64,000 bases of DNA, taken from Octopus vulgaris (Eukaryota). Where the stretch lies: the NCBI GenBank assembly GCA_951406725.2, contig OX597820.1, forward strand, positions 104,346,001 to 104,410,000, in the 5' to 3' direction. Position 1 is the first letter of the stretch. Every line of letters begins with the position of its first letter. Below are positions 23,801 to 36,214 of this stretch, piece by piece. The notes below the pieces were generated by a model. The model searched no databases. It was given only the letters and a program-made list of their open reading frames with translations, and had not been told where the DNA came from. Position numbers and translations under genes: made by a program.

Positions 23801-26800
23801 AAATAAAAATAAATACATAATATAAATAAAAAATAAAAGAAATAAAATATAAAAATATAAAATATAAAAATATAAAATAAAATATAAAATACAATAAAAT
23901 AAAAAATAAAAAAATAAAATAAAATAAAATAAAATAAAAAATAAAACCATTTAATAAAATAAAAAACTTAAACAACATAAAAAATAAATAATATAAAATA
24001 CAATAAAAAATAAAACAAAATAAAATAAAAAATAAAATAAAATAAAAAATGAAATAAAAATGAAATAAAATGAAATAGAATTAAATAACAAATAAAATAA
24101 AAATTTTATTTTATTTTATTTTATTCTATTTTATTTTAATTTATTTTATTCCATTTTGTATTTTATTTTATTTTACTTTTTTATTTTATGTTTTTTATTT
24201 TATTTCACTTTTATTTTTAAAATATTTTATTTAAAATAAAATAAAATAAAATTATATTTTAAAAAATAATAATAAAAAAATTAAAAATAAACTTTTTTAA
24301 TAAAAAGTAAAATAAATATATTTTACTTTTTTTTTTAAATTCTTTTTTTATTTTATCTTGATATAGTGAGATAGGTGGAGATAGGCGGACATAGAGTGAG
24401 ATAGGCGGAGATAGAGTGTGTATAGGCGGAGATAAGAGTGAGATAGTCGGAGATAGAAAGAGATAGGCGGAGATAGAGTGAGATTGAAGGAGTTTGCCGG
24501 AGATTGTCGAAGCTTGCCGGAAATTGCCGGAGATTGCCGGGGTTTGCCGGAGATTACCGGAGATTGCCGGAGTCTGCCGGAGTTTACCGGAGATTGCCGT
24601 AGATATCCGGAGACAGCCGGAGTTTACCGGAGGTTGCCGGAGATAGCCGGAGATAGCCGGAGATTGCCGGAGATTCAGGAGATAGCCGGAGATAGCTGGA
24701 GATTGGCGGAATAGCATTTTGGGAGATTTCCTAATAATGCTGGGTGTTAAAACATCTGGGACAGGCTGAAATAGAGTGAGATAGGCGGAGATAGAGTGAG
24801 AAAGGCGGAGACAGAGTGAATCAGGTGGAGATTAGCGGAGATTGGCAGAGATAGAATTAGATTGGCGGAGATAGGCGGAGATTGGTGGAGATAGACGGAA
24901 TAGCATTTTGAGAGATTTCCCAATAATGCTGGGTGTTAAAACACCTGGGCGAGAGTGAGACAGAGTGAGATAGGCGTAGATAGAGTGAGATAGGCGTAGA
25001 TAAAGTGAGATAGGCGTAAATACATTGAGATAGGCGGAGATATAGTGAGATTGGCGGTGTTTGCCGGAGTTTGCCAGAGATTGCCGTAGATTGGTGGAAT
25101 TTACCGAAAATTTCCGGAGATTGCCGGAGTTTGCCAGAGATTGCCCGAGTTAACCGGAGTTTCCCGGAGTTTGCTGGAGATTGCCGGAGATAGGCGGAAT
25201 AGCATTTTGGGAGATTTTCCAACAATGCTGGGTGTTAAAACACATGGGAGAGAGGGAAAGAGTGAGATTGGCGGAGATTGGCGAAGGGGTGCGGAGATTG
25301 GCGGAGATTGGCAGAAATTTCCGGAGATAGGCTGAGATAGGCGGAGATACACGGAGATGGCAGAATAGCATTTTGGGAGATTTCCCAATAATGCTGGGTG
25401 TTAAAACACCTGAGAGAGAGTGTGATAGAGTGAGATAGGCGGAGATAGAGTGATATAGGCGGAAATAGAGTGAGATAGGTGAAGATAGCGTGAGATAGGA
25501 AGAGATAGAGTGAGATAGGCCGAGATAGGTGGAGGTAGAGTGTGATAGGCGGAGATAGACTGAGGTAGGCGGAGATTGGCGGAGATAGAGTGAGATAGAC
25601 GGAGAAAAAGTGTGATAGGCGGAGATAGAGTAAGATAGGCAGATATTTGCGGAGATTTGCGGAGATAGGTGGAGATAGGCGGATATTGCTGGAGATTGTC
25701 GGAGATTGCTGGAGATAGGCGGAATAGCATTTTGGGAGATTTCCCAATAATGCTGGGTGTTAAAACACCTGGGAGAGGGGGAGAGAGTGAGATTGGCGTA
25801 GATGGGCGGAGATTGGCGGAGATAAGCGAAGATTGGCGGAGATACGCGGAAATAAGCGGAGATAGGCGAAATAGCATTTTGGGAGTTTCCCAATAATTTT
25901 GGGTGTTAAAACACACGGGAGAGAGTGAGATAGGCGGACATAGAGTGAGATTGGCGGAGATTTGCGGAGATAGAGTGAAATTGGCGGAGATTAGCGGAGA
26001 TAGGCTGAGATTCATGGAGATAGGCGGAATGGCATTTTTGGAGATTTCCCAATAATGTTGTGTGTTAAAACACCTGGGATAGAGTTTGATAGAGTGAAAT
26101 TGGCGGAGATAGAAAGAGATAGACGGAGATAGAGTGAAATAGGCGGAGATAGAGTGAGATAGGCGGAGATAGAGTGAGATAGGCGGAGATAAAGTGAGAT
26201 TGGCGGAGTTTGACAGACATTGGCGGAGTTTCCCGGACATTGCCGGAGTTTGCCGGAGATTGTCGAAGGTTGCCGGCGATTGCCGGAGTTTGCTGAAGTT
26301 TGCCGAAGTTTGCCGGAGTTTGCCGGAGTTTGCCGGTGTTTCCCGAAGATTGTCGGAGATTGTCGAAGATAGCCGGAGATGGCCGGAGATTACCGGAGAT
26401 TGCCGGAGATAGCCGGAGATTGCCGGAGATTGCGGAGATAGACGGAGATAGCCGGAGATTGGCGGAATAGCATTTAGGGCCCAATAATGCTGGGTGAGAG
26501 GGCGAGCATGAGATAGGCGGAGTTACAGTGAGAGTGAGATAGGCGGAGATAGAGTGAGATAGGCGAAGATACGCGGAGATATTTTATTTTATTTTAAAAA
26601 AAATTAATTAAATTAAAACTAAGTAAAAATTTTCAAAAATAAAATAAAAATAAATAAAAATAAAATAAAATAAAATAAAATTTTAAAAATAGATATTAAA
26701 AATTTTTTAAAATAAAATAAATAAAATAAAAAATAAATAAATAAATAAATAAAATTTAAATAAAATAAAATTTATAAAAAAATAAATACAAAAAATAAAA

Positions 26801-27225
26801 AATAAAAATAAAAGAAAAGAAAAAATATAATAAAAAAATTAAATAAAATAAAAAGTGAAAAAATTTTTTTAAATTTAAATAAAAATAAAAATAACAAAAT
26901 AAAATAAAACAAAAATATATAAAAATAATTTAAAATAAATAAAATAAAAATAAAATAAAATAAAATAATAAAATAAAATAGAATAAAATAAAATGAAATA
27001 AAAAATAAAACAAAAAAACTAAAAATTTAATAAAATAAAAAAATAATAAAATAAAATAAAATAAAAAAACAATAAAATACAATAAAAGTAAAACAATAGA
27101 AATAAAATACAAATAAAATAAATTAAAATAAAATGAAAAAATAAAAATAAATATAAAAATAAAAAATAAACATAAATAAATAGATAAAATTTTTAAAAAA
27201 CTGAAAATAAAATAAAAAAATAAAA
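20890..27225. repeat. Complex satellite: 10-bp units, 13 copies of a conserved ~55-bp motif, three AT-rich blocks
   Basis: Runs of GCCGGAGATT / GGCGGAGATA / GAGTGAGATA; motif ggcggaatagcattttgggagatttcccaataatgctgggtgttaaaacacctggga; (AAAAT)n/(ATTTT)n blocks at ~21290-22015, 23470-24358 and 26580-27225. Confidence 0.95.
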
Positions 27226-27490
27226 TATTCAGTGTTAGTACCGCCCAATTCAAAACATGAATGAGGTTCAATTACCTTCCCCTGCCCATCCTCGTGTGTC
27301 TTCAAGTAAACTACTACAGAAAAAAATCTGTAGTTTGTTATCAATAATAACAAAGGGTAAAATTAATTAATTAAGAAGTAATCAATAATTTCACCAAGTA
27401 GAATTCGGGGATCTATTCCAATGAAAAGATCCGAATTCGGCATGAAAAAAGGGCCATTTCATGGTAAACTTAAGTAATACTAAATAATTA

Positions 27491-27947
27491 GGGTTCAGCA
27501 AAGATTTGCTTTACTACATACCGAAGTTTAGAAATAGCAGCCAAAAAACGTTAGCTATTTCTTCTACTTTAAAAAGGGACTTCGGCGGTACTAACACTGA
27601 ATATATCTGTCTGATACCGTTAGGTGGAGAGATATGTTCAATTATTCCAGTACCTTCGAATTTAATATTTCAATATTTAATTATTAATGGGGTTCTATGC
27701 TGATGAGGAAAGCGGTTGGTAAAGTATAATTCTATATTCTTTATTCCAATCTAATTCCGAATCGCGCGTCCATAGGTGACCAGATATTGATTGATTTTCG
27801 TTACTTTTCCTCTCTGCCTGTGTGGATTGTTTTCAAGTATTTTGGTTTTTCTGGGAGTCTCTTTTTAAAGTAGAAGAAATAGCTAACGTTTTTTTGGCTG
27901 CTATTTCTAAACTTCGGTATGTGGTAAAGCAAATCTTTGCTGAACCC
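27491..27947. mobile_element. Element with ~90-bp terminal inverted repeats enclosing a hammerhead motif
   Basis: gggttcagcaaagatttgcttta... (27491-27583) is the reverse complement of 27855-27947, with taatta on both flanks. Confidence 0.75.
27691..27781 (+). ncRNA. Type-I hammerhead ribozyme motif (A15.1>U variant)
   Basis: CTATG-CTGATGA-GGAA...(long hairpin)...TTCC-GAAT-CGCGCG-TC-CATAG. Stem I ctatg/catag is perfect. Confidence 0.7.
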
Positions 27948-27959
27948 TAATTATTAAGT

Positions 27960-28357
27960 ACTAGCAGTATCGCCCGGCGTTGCTCGGGTTTGTAAGGGAA
28001 ATAACTATATAAGCATTTTTAGAGAGTTATAGCCAAAAAATAACAAAAAAAATGCATTAAAAATGGAAAAAAAATTATGGTAAATTTTTTTAAAATCGTT
28101 GACTCATCGTAGACATTTTTAGAAAGTTACTTCCCTTATATAATAGCGGAAAAATGCATTAAAATGGAAAAAAATGATGGTAATTTTTTTTTTTAATCTT
28201 AGATCATCGTAGACGCGCGCTAATACCCAGAAGAGCTCGATATGAATCACGACTATAAGATACCCGGTTTTGGTTAAACTGCACCGCAAAATGTGGGAGT
28301 AGTTAGGAATCTAAATCGTAGGAGACAGACACACAACTTCACTTTTATATATAAAGA
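27960..28357. mobile_element. Non-autonomous Helentron/Helitron-type element (copy 2)
   Basis: Same termini and body as 9580-9877, with an internal partial duplication. Related ends at ~49532 and 62043-62390. Confidence 0.65.
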
Positions 28358-28403
28358 TATATGTGTGTGTGTATGCGTGTGTGTGTGTGTGTGCGTGTGT
28401 GTA

Positions 28404-28471
<68 letters not shown>

Positions 28472-28588
28472 TGTACAAACAGACAGACAGATAGATAAAT
28501 ATAATCATACAACACTGACAGTCATTTAATGGTTCAAAATCTGGCACATATACAATATAGAAGATAATAGCAACAGCTGACAACCGGT

Positions 28589-28670
28589 GACGAGGTGGCC
28601 GAGTGGTTAAGGCGATGGACTGCTAATCCATTGGGGTCTCCCCGCGTGAGTTCGAATCTCATCCTCGTCG
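28589..28670 (+). tRNA. tRNA-Ser(GCT)
   Basis: 82-nt cloverleaf GACGAGG...CCTCGTC-G; anticodon arm ATGGA-CTGCTAA-TCCAT; long variable arm; TTCGAAT T-loop; T-run terminator at ~28680. Confidence 0.96.
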
Positions 28671-28869
28671 TTAAATTTATTTTTGTGCTTGACACCTGAA
28701 CTTCGTTGTATATAAACCCGGGTATTAGTCATATAAATGTTTTATGTGCTTATGTGTGTTTCATATACACACGCGCGCGTGTACAAAGATTCACTTTAAG
28801 GTCCAATATTTTTCTTTCTTTTTATTTTATTACAGCTTTCTCTTATTTTACTTTTTATCTTTGTTTTAT

Positions 28870-29766
<897 letters not shown>

Positions 29767-30449
29767 TATATATATTAATACAGTCCGTGCTATTTTGTTG
29801 TGAACATCTTAATGTATGTATGCATGTACGTATGTAATGTGAGTGTATGTTTGTATGTATGCATGCATGTATGTATGTGTGTATGTATGTATGTATGTAT
29901 GTATGTATGTATGCATGCATGCATGTATGTATGTATGTATGTATGTATGCATGTACGCATGTAATGTGAGTGTATGTATGTATGTGTGTATGTATGTATG
30001 TATGTATGTATGTATGCTTGTATGTATGTATGTATGTATGCATGCATGTATGTATGTATGTATGTATGTATGAATGTACGCATGTAATGTGAGTGTATGT
30101 ATGTATGTATGTATGTATGTATGTATGTTTGTATGTATGTATGTATGTATGTATTCCTTGCATCGGTCTGTTTCCACAGAAGGACAGTAGACCAAGTAGC
30201 CCGGCGTTGCTAAGCTGTTTCTGTGAAAGGGGTGGGACATGGTTGGGGAAGGTTTGATGGATGCAGTGGGGAGGTGGGTAAATGTGGTGGTGAGGAGGTG
30301 GGAAGAATAGAGAGAAGGAGGGAGTGAGACGGACATTAAGAAGAAGTCTAATTGACCTCGGTTTTTAATCGGTTGACAATGCTAAATGGACCTTTTACAC
30401 ACCTGGTGCACGTGAGTGTGTGTATGTGTTTGAGTATATACATGCATAC

Positions 30450-30534
<85 letters not shown>

Positions 30535-30694
30535 AACACACACGTACACACTAACATATATATATGGTAGGAACATACATTCATTTGATAAATGTTTTAA
30601 TGAGAGAGTGCATTTGGGTGTTTCTCTCTACGCCACTCTCACTCAGTCTCTACACACTTTTCACTATCTCTTTCTCTCTCCCTCTCTTTCCACT

Positions 30695-30736
<42 letters not shown>

Positions 30737-30737
<1 letters not shown>

Positions 30738-31142
30738 TGGCTGTGTGGTAAGTAGCTCGCTAACCAACCACATGGTTCTGGGTTCAGTCCCACTGCGTAG
30801 CATCTTGGGCAAGTGTCTTCTGCTATAGCCCCGGGCCGACCAATGCCTTGTGAGTGGATTTGGTAGACGGAAACGGAAAGAAGCCTGTCGTATATATGTA
30901 TATATATGTATGTGTGTTTGTTTGTGTGTCTGTGCTTGTCCCCGTAACATTGCTTGACAACCGATGCTGGTGTGTTTATGTCCCCGTTACTTAGCGGTTC
31001 GGCGAAAGAGACCGATAGAATAAGTACTGGGCTTACAAAAAGAATAAGTCCCGGGGTCGAGTTGCTCGATTAAAGGCGGTGCTCCAGCATGGCCGCAGTC
31101 AAATGACTGAAACAAGTAAAAGAGTAAAAGAGTAAAAGAGAG
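30737..31142 (+). mobile_element. SINE family A, full-length
   Basis: Head tggctgtgtggtaagtagc...ggttcagtccc and tail (aaaagagt)3. Confidence 0.85.
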
Positions 31143-31189
31143 TTATGTATATCTATCTGTAATTTGTATCAGGCATGTGACATAAATAA

Positions 31190-32361
31190 TTATTTATTCA
31201 GCAGGAAGCGGAATGTATCTTCGGAGAAGGAGTTCATACCCTTGCACAAATCCGTTTCCCACACGACCTCTGCAGCTACCTGTGGAGGCCAATCAGGGTC
31301 CTTAGTACGTGTTAGAATCCCTCCCCTCCGACCTTCTTTGGTAAACTTTTTAATAAATTCTTGAATTGCCCCTCCGTTGTGGAATAGGATTACAAATTCC
31401 TCCTCCATATAAGGTGAGGCCATACTATCCATCATCGGTTCACCGATGAGTTTTCGGAACATGCCCGCAGTGTATTTGTAACCGCCGGCAATGGCTCGTT
31501 TTTCTTTTTCTTTTTTTTTTTCGCTTTTACCACGAGAGGGTGGAGTTCTTTCGTTTTGTTCGGGAGATTTTCCTTCCCTCCTGCAGCCTTAGGATCCCTC
31601 GATGGGCAGCCATTGTAACTCACCTTCTTCCTTTTTCGACCCTTTTTCGAGGAGGCTTCCACCTCCTCGACCGTCTTCATCTCTCCCTCTGAATGAGGAG
31701 GGGGCGTTTCTTCCACTAACTGCTCCAGAACCCTACTCTGATCCTGGGGACAGTTCTTTTTTATGTGACCTGGTTCAAGGCACATGTGACACTTGAGAGA
31801 AGGGGGACGTCTCTCAAGTATCACCGGATACCTGTTACCAGCCATGGTAACAGGTATCTGGGAAGATTAGATTTCTTGCGTCTGATTGGGTTCACAAGGT
31901 CAAAACAGCTTTTGACCTAACCCAATCAGCCGCCGGCAACAACTTCACATTTAGCAGCTTGGATCCGCTGCCACTCAGACCCCGGCGGATTGTATCTTCT
32001 ATCGACTCGGGTTCCATCCCAGGTGGCAACCTGCAGACCCAAGCTCTTGTCAACTTCTTCCCACAATATGTGGGATGAAACAGGATTTCCTGGCCCTCCA
32101 AGGGCTGGCTCGCAAACCTGCGAGCCTCCCCAGGGGTGTCAAACAACCACACCGTTGCATATTTGGCACCCCTAGAAATAAATTTTATTGTTGGCAGACA
32201 CTCTGCCTACTCTTTCTCTATTTCAATTTTCTTGAAGACGGTGATGGTGTCGAGCGACTTTGAGTATGTCCTCAACACTACCGTCCCCTTTTTCAAGTCT
32301 TCACCCACACTTTGGGTGGGACAATCTCCCACTCCAACACAGTGTCTAGTTTCTTTGCCAT
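31190..32361 (-). pseudogene. Gag/ORF1-like (Tx1/L1-type) CCHC zinc-knuckle pseudogene without adjacent ORF2
   Basis: ATG at 32361 (MAKKLDTVLEW), continuing through frameshifts and stops to CHMCLEPGHIKKNC (CX2CX4HX4C), a basic linker, and stop at 31190 overlapping AATAAA. Confidence 0.7.
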
Positions 32362-33021
32362 GTTCTTTAGAAGAGAAAAAGTTCAAAAGAAAGTCCGAAA
32401 AAGCGACAAAAAAAGGAAGAAGGAAAGAAAACAGTTCAAGAACACAGCGACCACAATTTTCCGGCCAGCTGGTACTCCTGGCCAACTGGTACTCCAAATA
32501 GCAACAGGAACACAGCTCCACAAATTTCACTAAAAATTGGGGAAAAAAATTCCACAAAACAAGACACTTCTCACCGCTAAGTGAGAAACTAAGCGCAACT
32601 ACAAGCAGACAAATGCCCGAAATCCAGTAGAGATTTTTTGTTCGAAAAATAATAAAACAAACAACAAACCCCCACTGAATCACAAAAATGCAAATGCCTT
32701 ACCTTGTAGTTGCGCTTCACTAGTTCAATAATTCACGACGCTGCACACCAGCAGGACATCACCAACGAGTGAAAAATACGTAAACACACGAGAGAAAAGA
32801 ACAGGACAAAATTCCAAAAGAAGATAACTCCTAATCAGTTGTCGGACTGTTTATTACTCTTATTTCGTGTTTTTAACGATAACATAAAGAAACTTCAGCA
32901 TCCAGAAATTTTTTAAATGTAAAATTCATGGAGAGTTAGAGCTTCGAACGAATAAACAACGAAAGAGTGGACGTACATACATACATACATACATACATAC
33001 ATACATACATACATACATACA

Positions 33022-33057
<36 letters not shown>

Positions 33058-33059
33058 TA

Positions 33060-33210
33060 CGACAGGCTTCTTTCAGTTTCCGTCTACCATATCCACTTAC
33101 AAGGGTTTGGTCGACTTGAGGTTCTAGTAGAAGACACTTGCCCAAGGTACCACGCAGTGAGACTGAACCCAGAACTATGTAGTTGGTGAGCAAGCTACTT
33201 ACCACACAGC

Positions 33211-33262
<52 letters not shown>

Positions 33263-33640
33263 CTTGCTCACCAACTAAATAGTTCTGGGTTCAGTCCCAC
33301 TGCGTGGTACCTTGGGCAAGTGTCTTCTACTAGAACCTCAATATATATATATATATATATATAGGCGCAGGAGTGGCTGTGTGGTAGGTAGCTTGCTTAC
33401 CAACCACATGGTCCTGGGTTCAGTCCCACTGCGTGGTACTTTGGGCAAGTGTCTTCTACTATAGCCTCGAGCCGACCAACGCCTTGTGAGTGGATTTGGT
33501 AGACAGAAACTGAAAAAGCCCGTCGTATACATATATACATATATATATATATATACATATATAATATATAGGCGCAGTAGTGACTGTGTAGTAAGTAGCT
33601 TGCTTACCAACCACATAGTTCCTGGTTTAATACCACTGGG
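33060..33640. mobile_element. Cluster of SINE family A 5' halves in mixed orientation, separated by (TA)n
   Basis: Copies at ~33060-33213 (-), 33261-33335, 33363-33530 and 33570-33640 (+). Confidence 0.75.
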
Positions 33641-33762
33641 GGACTAAATATCACATGCATGGAGTTAGACTATTTTCCGATGGTAAGAGTACATTTCATT
33701 TTAAGATTTGTTTAATTTTATTATTCTTGGTGTGTTTATTTAAATATAACTTATGATTTAAA

Positions 33763-33809
<47 letters not shown>

Positions 33810-34017
33810 CCTTATAAATATAACAAGCTTTCTATCCCTCATTTATTTATTTAGACACATCAGTTGATAATAAGGGTGTCGATGTGTCTTCCTCGTTTGA
33901 TTAATATTATAAATCATTAGTTCTCGATATTGATTTATTCAGAAAGGCCTATTTAATTTTAATTATTTGGATTTACTACATGTATATTTATTCACTATAG
34001 TGTTTATTTAACTTCAT

Positions 34018-34412
34018 TTATTTGAATTTTTTAAACGTATGCTTAATCCTGTGTGGGCAACAAAATCCTCTTTCTCTTAAATTGGTGATTAATTTGTGCT
34101 TGCATGTAATGATCTGGAAAATTTCATCAACGCATGTCACACTTTTTCTTCCAATGCTATAAAATTTTGTCCGGTTAATTACTTCCCACTTCAGCGTGTA
34201 GTCCTTGTTTTTGTCCTTAATTGCCCAAATTAGTCTACTTAAATTAGTGCTAACTTCTTTTCTCTTGTCGCTAAAAGTGCTTTCATGGTTCACTACCTTG
34301 CTCTTTATATAATTTTCCGTGAAGCCTATATAGTAGTAATCATGCCCCTCAAATATTACCTTACACCTATTTATTACACTTTTTCTCTACAAAAATTTCT
34401 TAATGGACACAC
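34018..34412 (-). mobile_element. Penelope-like element GIY-YIG endonuclease remnant
   Basis: Minus strand reads CPLRNFCRE/(frameshift)SVINRCKV...YYIGFTENYIKSKVVNHESTF...STNLSRLIWAIKDKNKDYTLKWEVI...CCPHR, the layout of PLE C-terminal GIY-YIG domains. Confidence 0.75.
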
Positions 34413-34955
34413 GGACCCCCCCCCCCACACATATGTCATCATCATCGTCATCATCATCACCACCACCACTACCATCATCATCATCATCATCATCATCATG
34501 TGCATTGTATTGTAAATTAATTAACTGTTCCTGATGCTGAGGATGCTAGTGCAATCGCTCTTATTGGTTGTGATGATTGTAGTAGTAGTGCTAGTGGTGG
34601 TGGTAGTGGTGATGGTGGTGGTAGTGGTGGTTGGTGGTGATGGTATTATTGGTGCCCAACTATTCTTGTAAAAGCAAGTTAAGTCAGACAATAATAATGC
34701 TTTATTTCAACTTTGACATAAGACATATAGAAGCAGAAATCGAAGTTGTTACGCTTCGTAGAACGAGAACAGGCCACTCATTGTCGAGGAGGGTACAATC
34801 GATGTAACCGACTCTTGTATTTGCTTGATACTTTATTTTATCATCCACAGAAATCTGAACGATTGAATAAATCTCATCAGCATTTTAACTAGGGGCGTAA
34901 AAGCGAGTTAAATTGTTTTTTTGAGGTGCACGAAGGATTCTGCTATTCCAATAAT

Positions 34956-35028
<73 letters not shown>

Positions 35029-35031
<3 letters not shown>

Positions 35032-35385
35032 TAATAACAATACCTGTTGTCATAGGTGCCCTGGGAATGATAGCGAAAGGGACTGATTGCTACCTAACTC
35101 AGATACCAGGAAACTCCAAAATGGCAGAAATTCAAAAGATAGTGTTCATGGGAACTGCTCATATCCTACGCAAAATACTCTCTATGTAATCCCAAGGTTT
35201 AAAACAAACTTTTTTTTATTTATTTATTAGACATTCACTAGTACAACACCAAAAAAAAAAACAACAAATATATGGCAGACTAGGCATAACAACAACGTAA
35301 ACTTCCAACCTGTTGTCTCTTGAGGTCTCTGGGTGAGACTTGGAGCCAACTTGTACAGACATAAAGCAAAAGTCTAACATAGAAT
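35029..35385 (+). mobile_element. R4/Dong-like non-LTR retrotransposon 3' fragment inside (TAA)n
   Basis: TIPVVIGALGMI...EIQKIVFMGTAHILRKILSM* plus 3' UTR; (AAT)n on both sides. Confidence 0.8.
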
Positions 35386-35406
35386 AATAATGATAATAAT
35401 AATAAT

Positions 35407-36105
35407 AAGGAGATTGAAACAATAGACCACCTAATCTCAGGGTGTAGAGTCTTAGCACCTGCAGAATATAAAGCAAGACATGACAGAGTCGGCCAGTATT
35501 TACATTGGACAATATGTCGGCATTATAAAATCAAAACCGCTGACAAATGGTATAAACATCATCCTGAAGCTGTGACTGAGGGAGAAAATGTGTCGATTCT
35601 ATGGGACTTCCCTGTGCAGACCGACAGGACTATAAAAGCTAATAAACCGGATATTATTATAAAAGATCAGACAAAAAGGACGTGTTTATTAATTGACATG
35701 AGTATTCTCTGTGATCACAATATAGCGGCGAAAGAATTTGACAAGATTAGTAAATATAAAGACCTGCTAATAGAAATTGAAAAAATGTGGCATCTCAAGG
35801 CCACTACAGTACCAGTGATTGCAGGATCTCTAGGAATGATAAAAAAAGGTACTGAAACCTATTTGAAAATGATTCCAGGCTTACCATCCCTACAGGAAGT
35901 GCAAAAAATCGTATTAACTGGAACGGCTCATGTACTGAGAAGAGCACTACCGCTGTGAAAATAACATCCATCCATGAATTTATTTATTTATTAATTTTTA
36001 AATACATATTTTATCTGTGAATTTGCGCGTGTAATCTGGGAATGCATAGAATGCCCTTCTCTGCCCTAGGTGTATGGAAAACACTCGGCGAGAAACAGAA
36101 GAAAC
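35407..36105 (+). mobile_element. R4/Dong-like non-LTR retrotransposon 3' fragment with RLE endonuclease (open frame 35407-35958)
   Basis: ETIDHLISGC..LA..EYKARHD.V...LHW...ILWDF.VQTDRTIKANKPDIII.D...LID...K..KYKDL, a PD-(D/E)xK-type RLE. Flanked by (AAT)n. Confidence 0.88.
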
Positions 36106-36110
36106 ATAAC

Positions 36111-36145
<35 letters not shown>

Positions 36146-36214
36146 GAAGAAGAAGAAGAAGAACAACAACAACAACAACAACAACCACAACAACAGCTAC
36201 AACAACAATAATAG

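Noticed and set aside
22133-26484. Many long ORFs (up to 279 aa) with repeated RCFNTQHYWEISQNAIPPIS / LPEIAGD peptides
   Set aside because: They are translations of the satellite in several frames and both strands; the 10-bp unit does not preserve frame.
21111-26500. CRISPR-like array (palindromic repeat with spacers)
   Set aside because: The spacers are degenerate decamer repeats of very unequal length, not unique sequences; there are no cas genes and the context is eukaryotic.
30153-30350. Possible LINE 3' end with (TACA)n tail on the minus strand
   Set aside because: Too short and without diagnostic protein motifs to classify.
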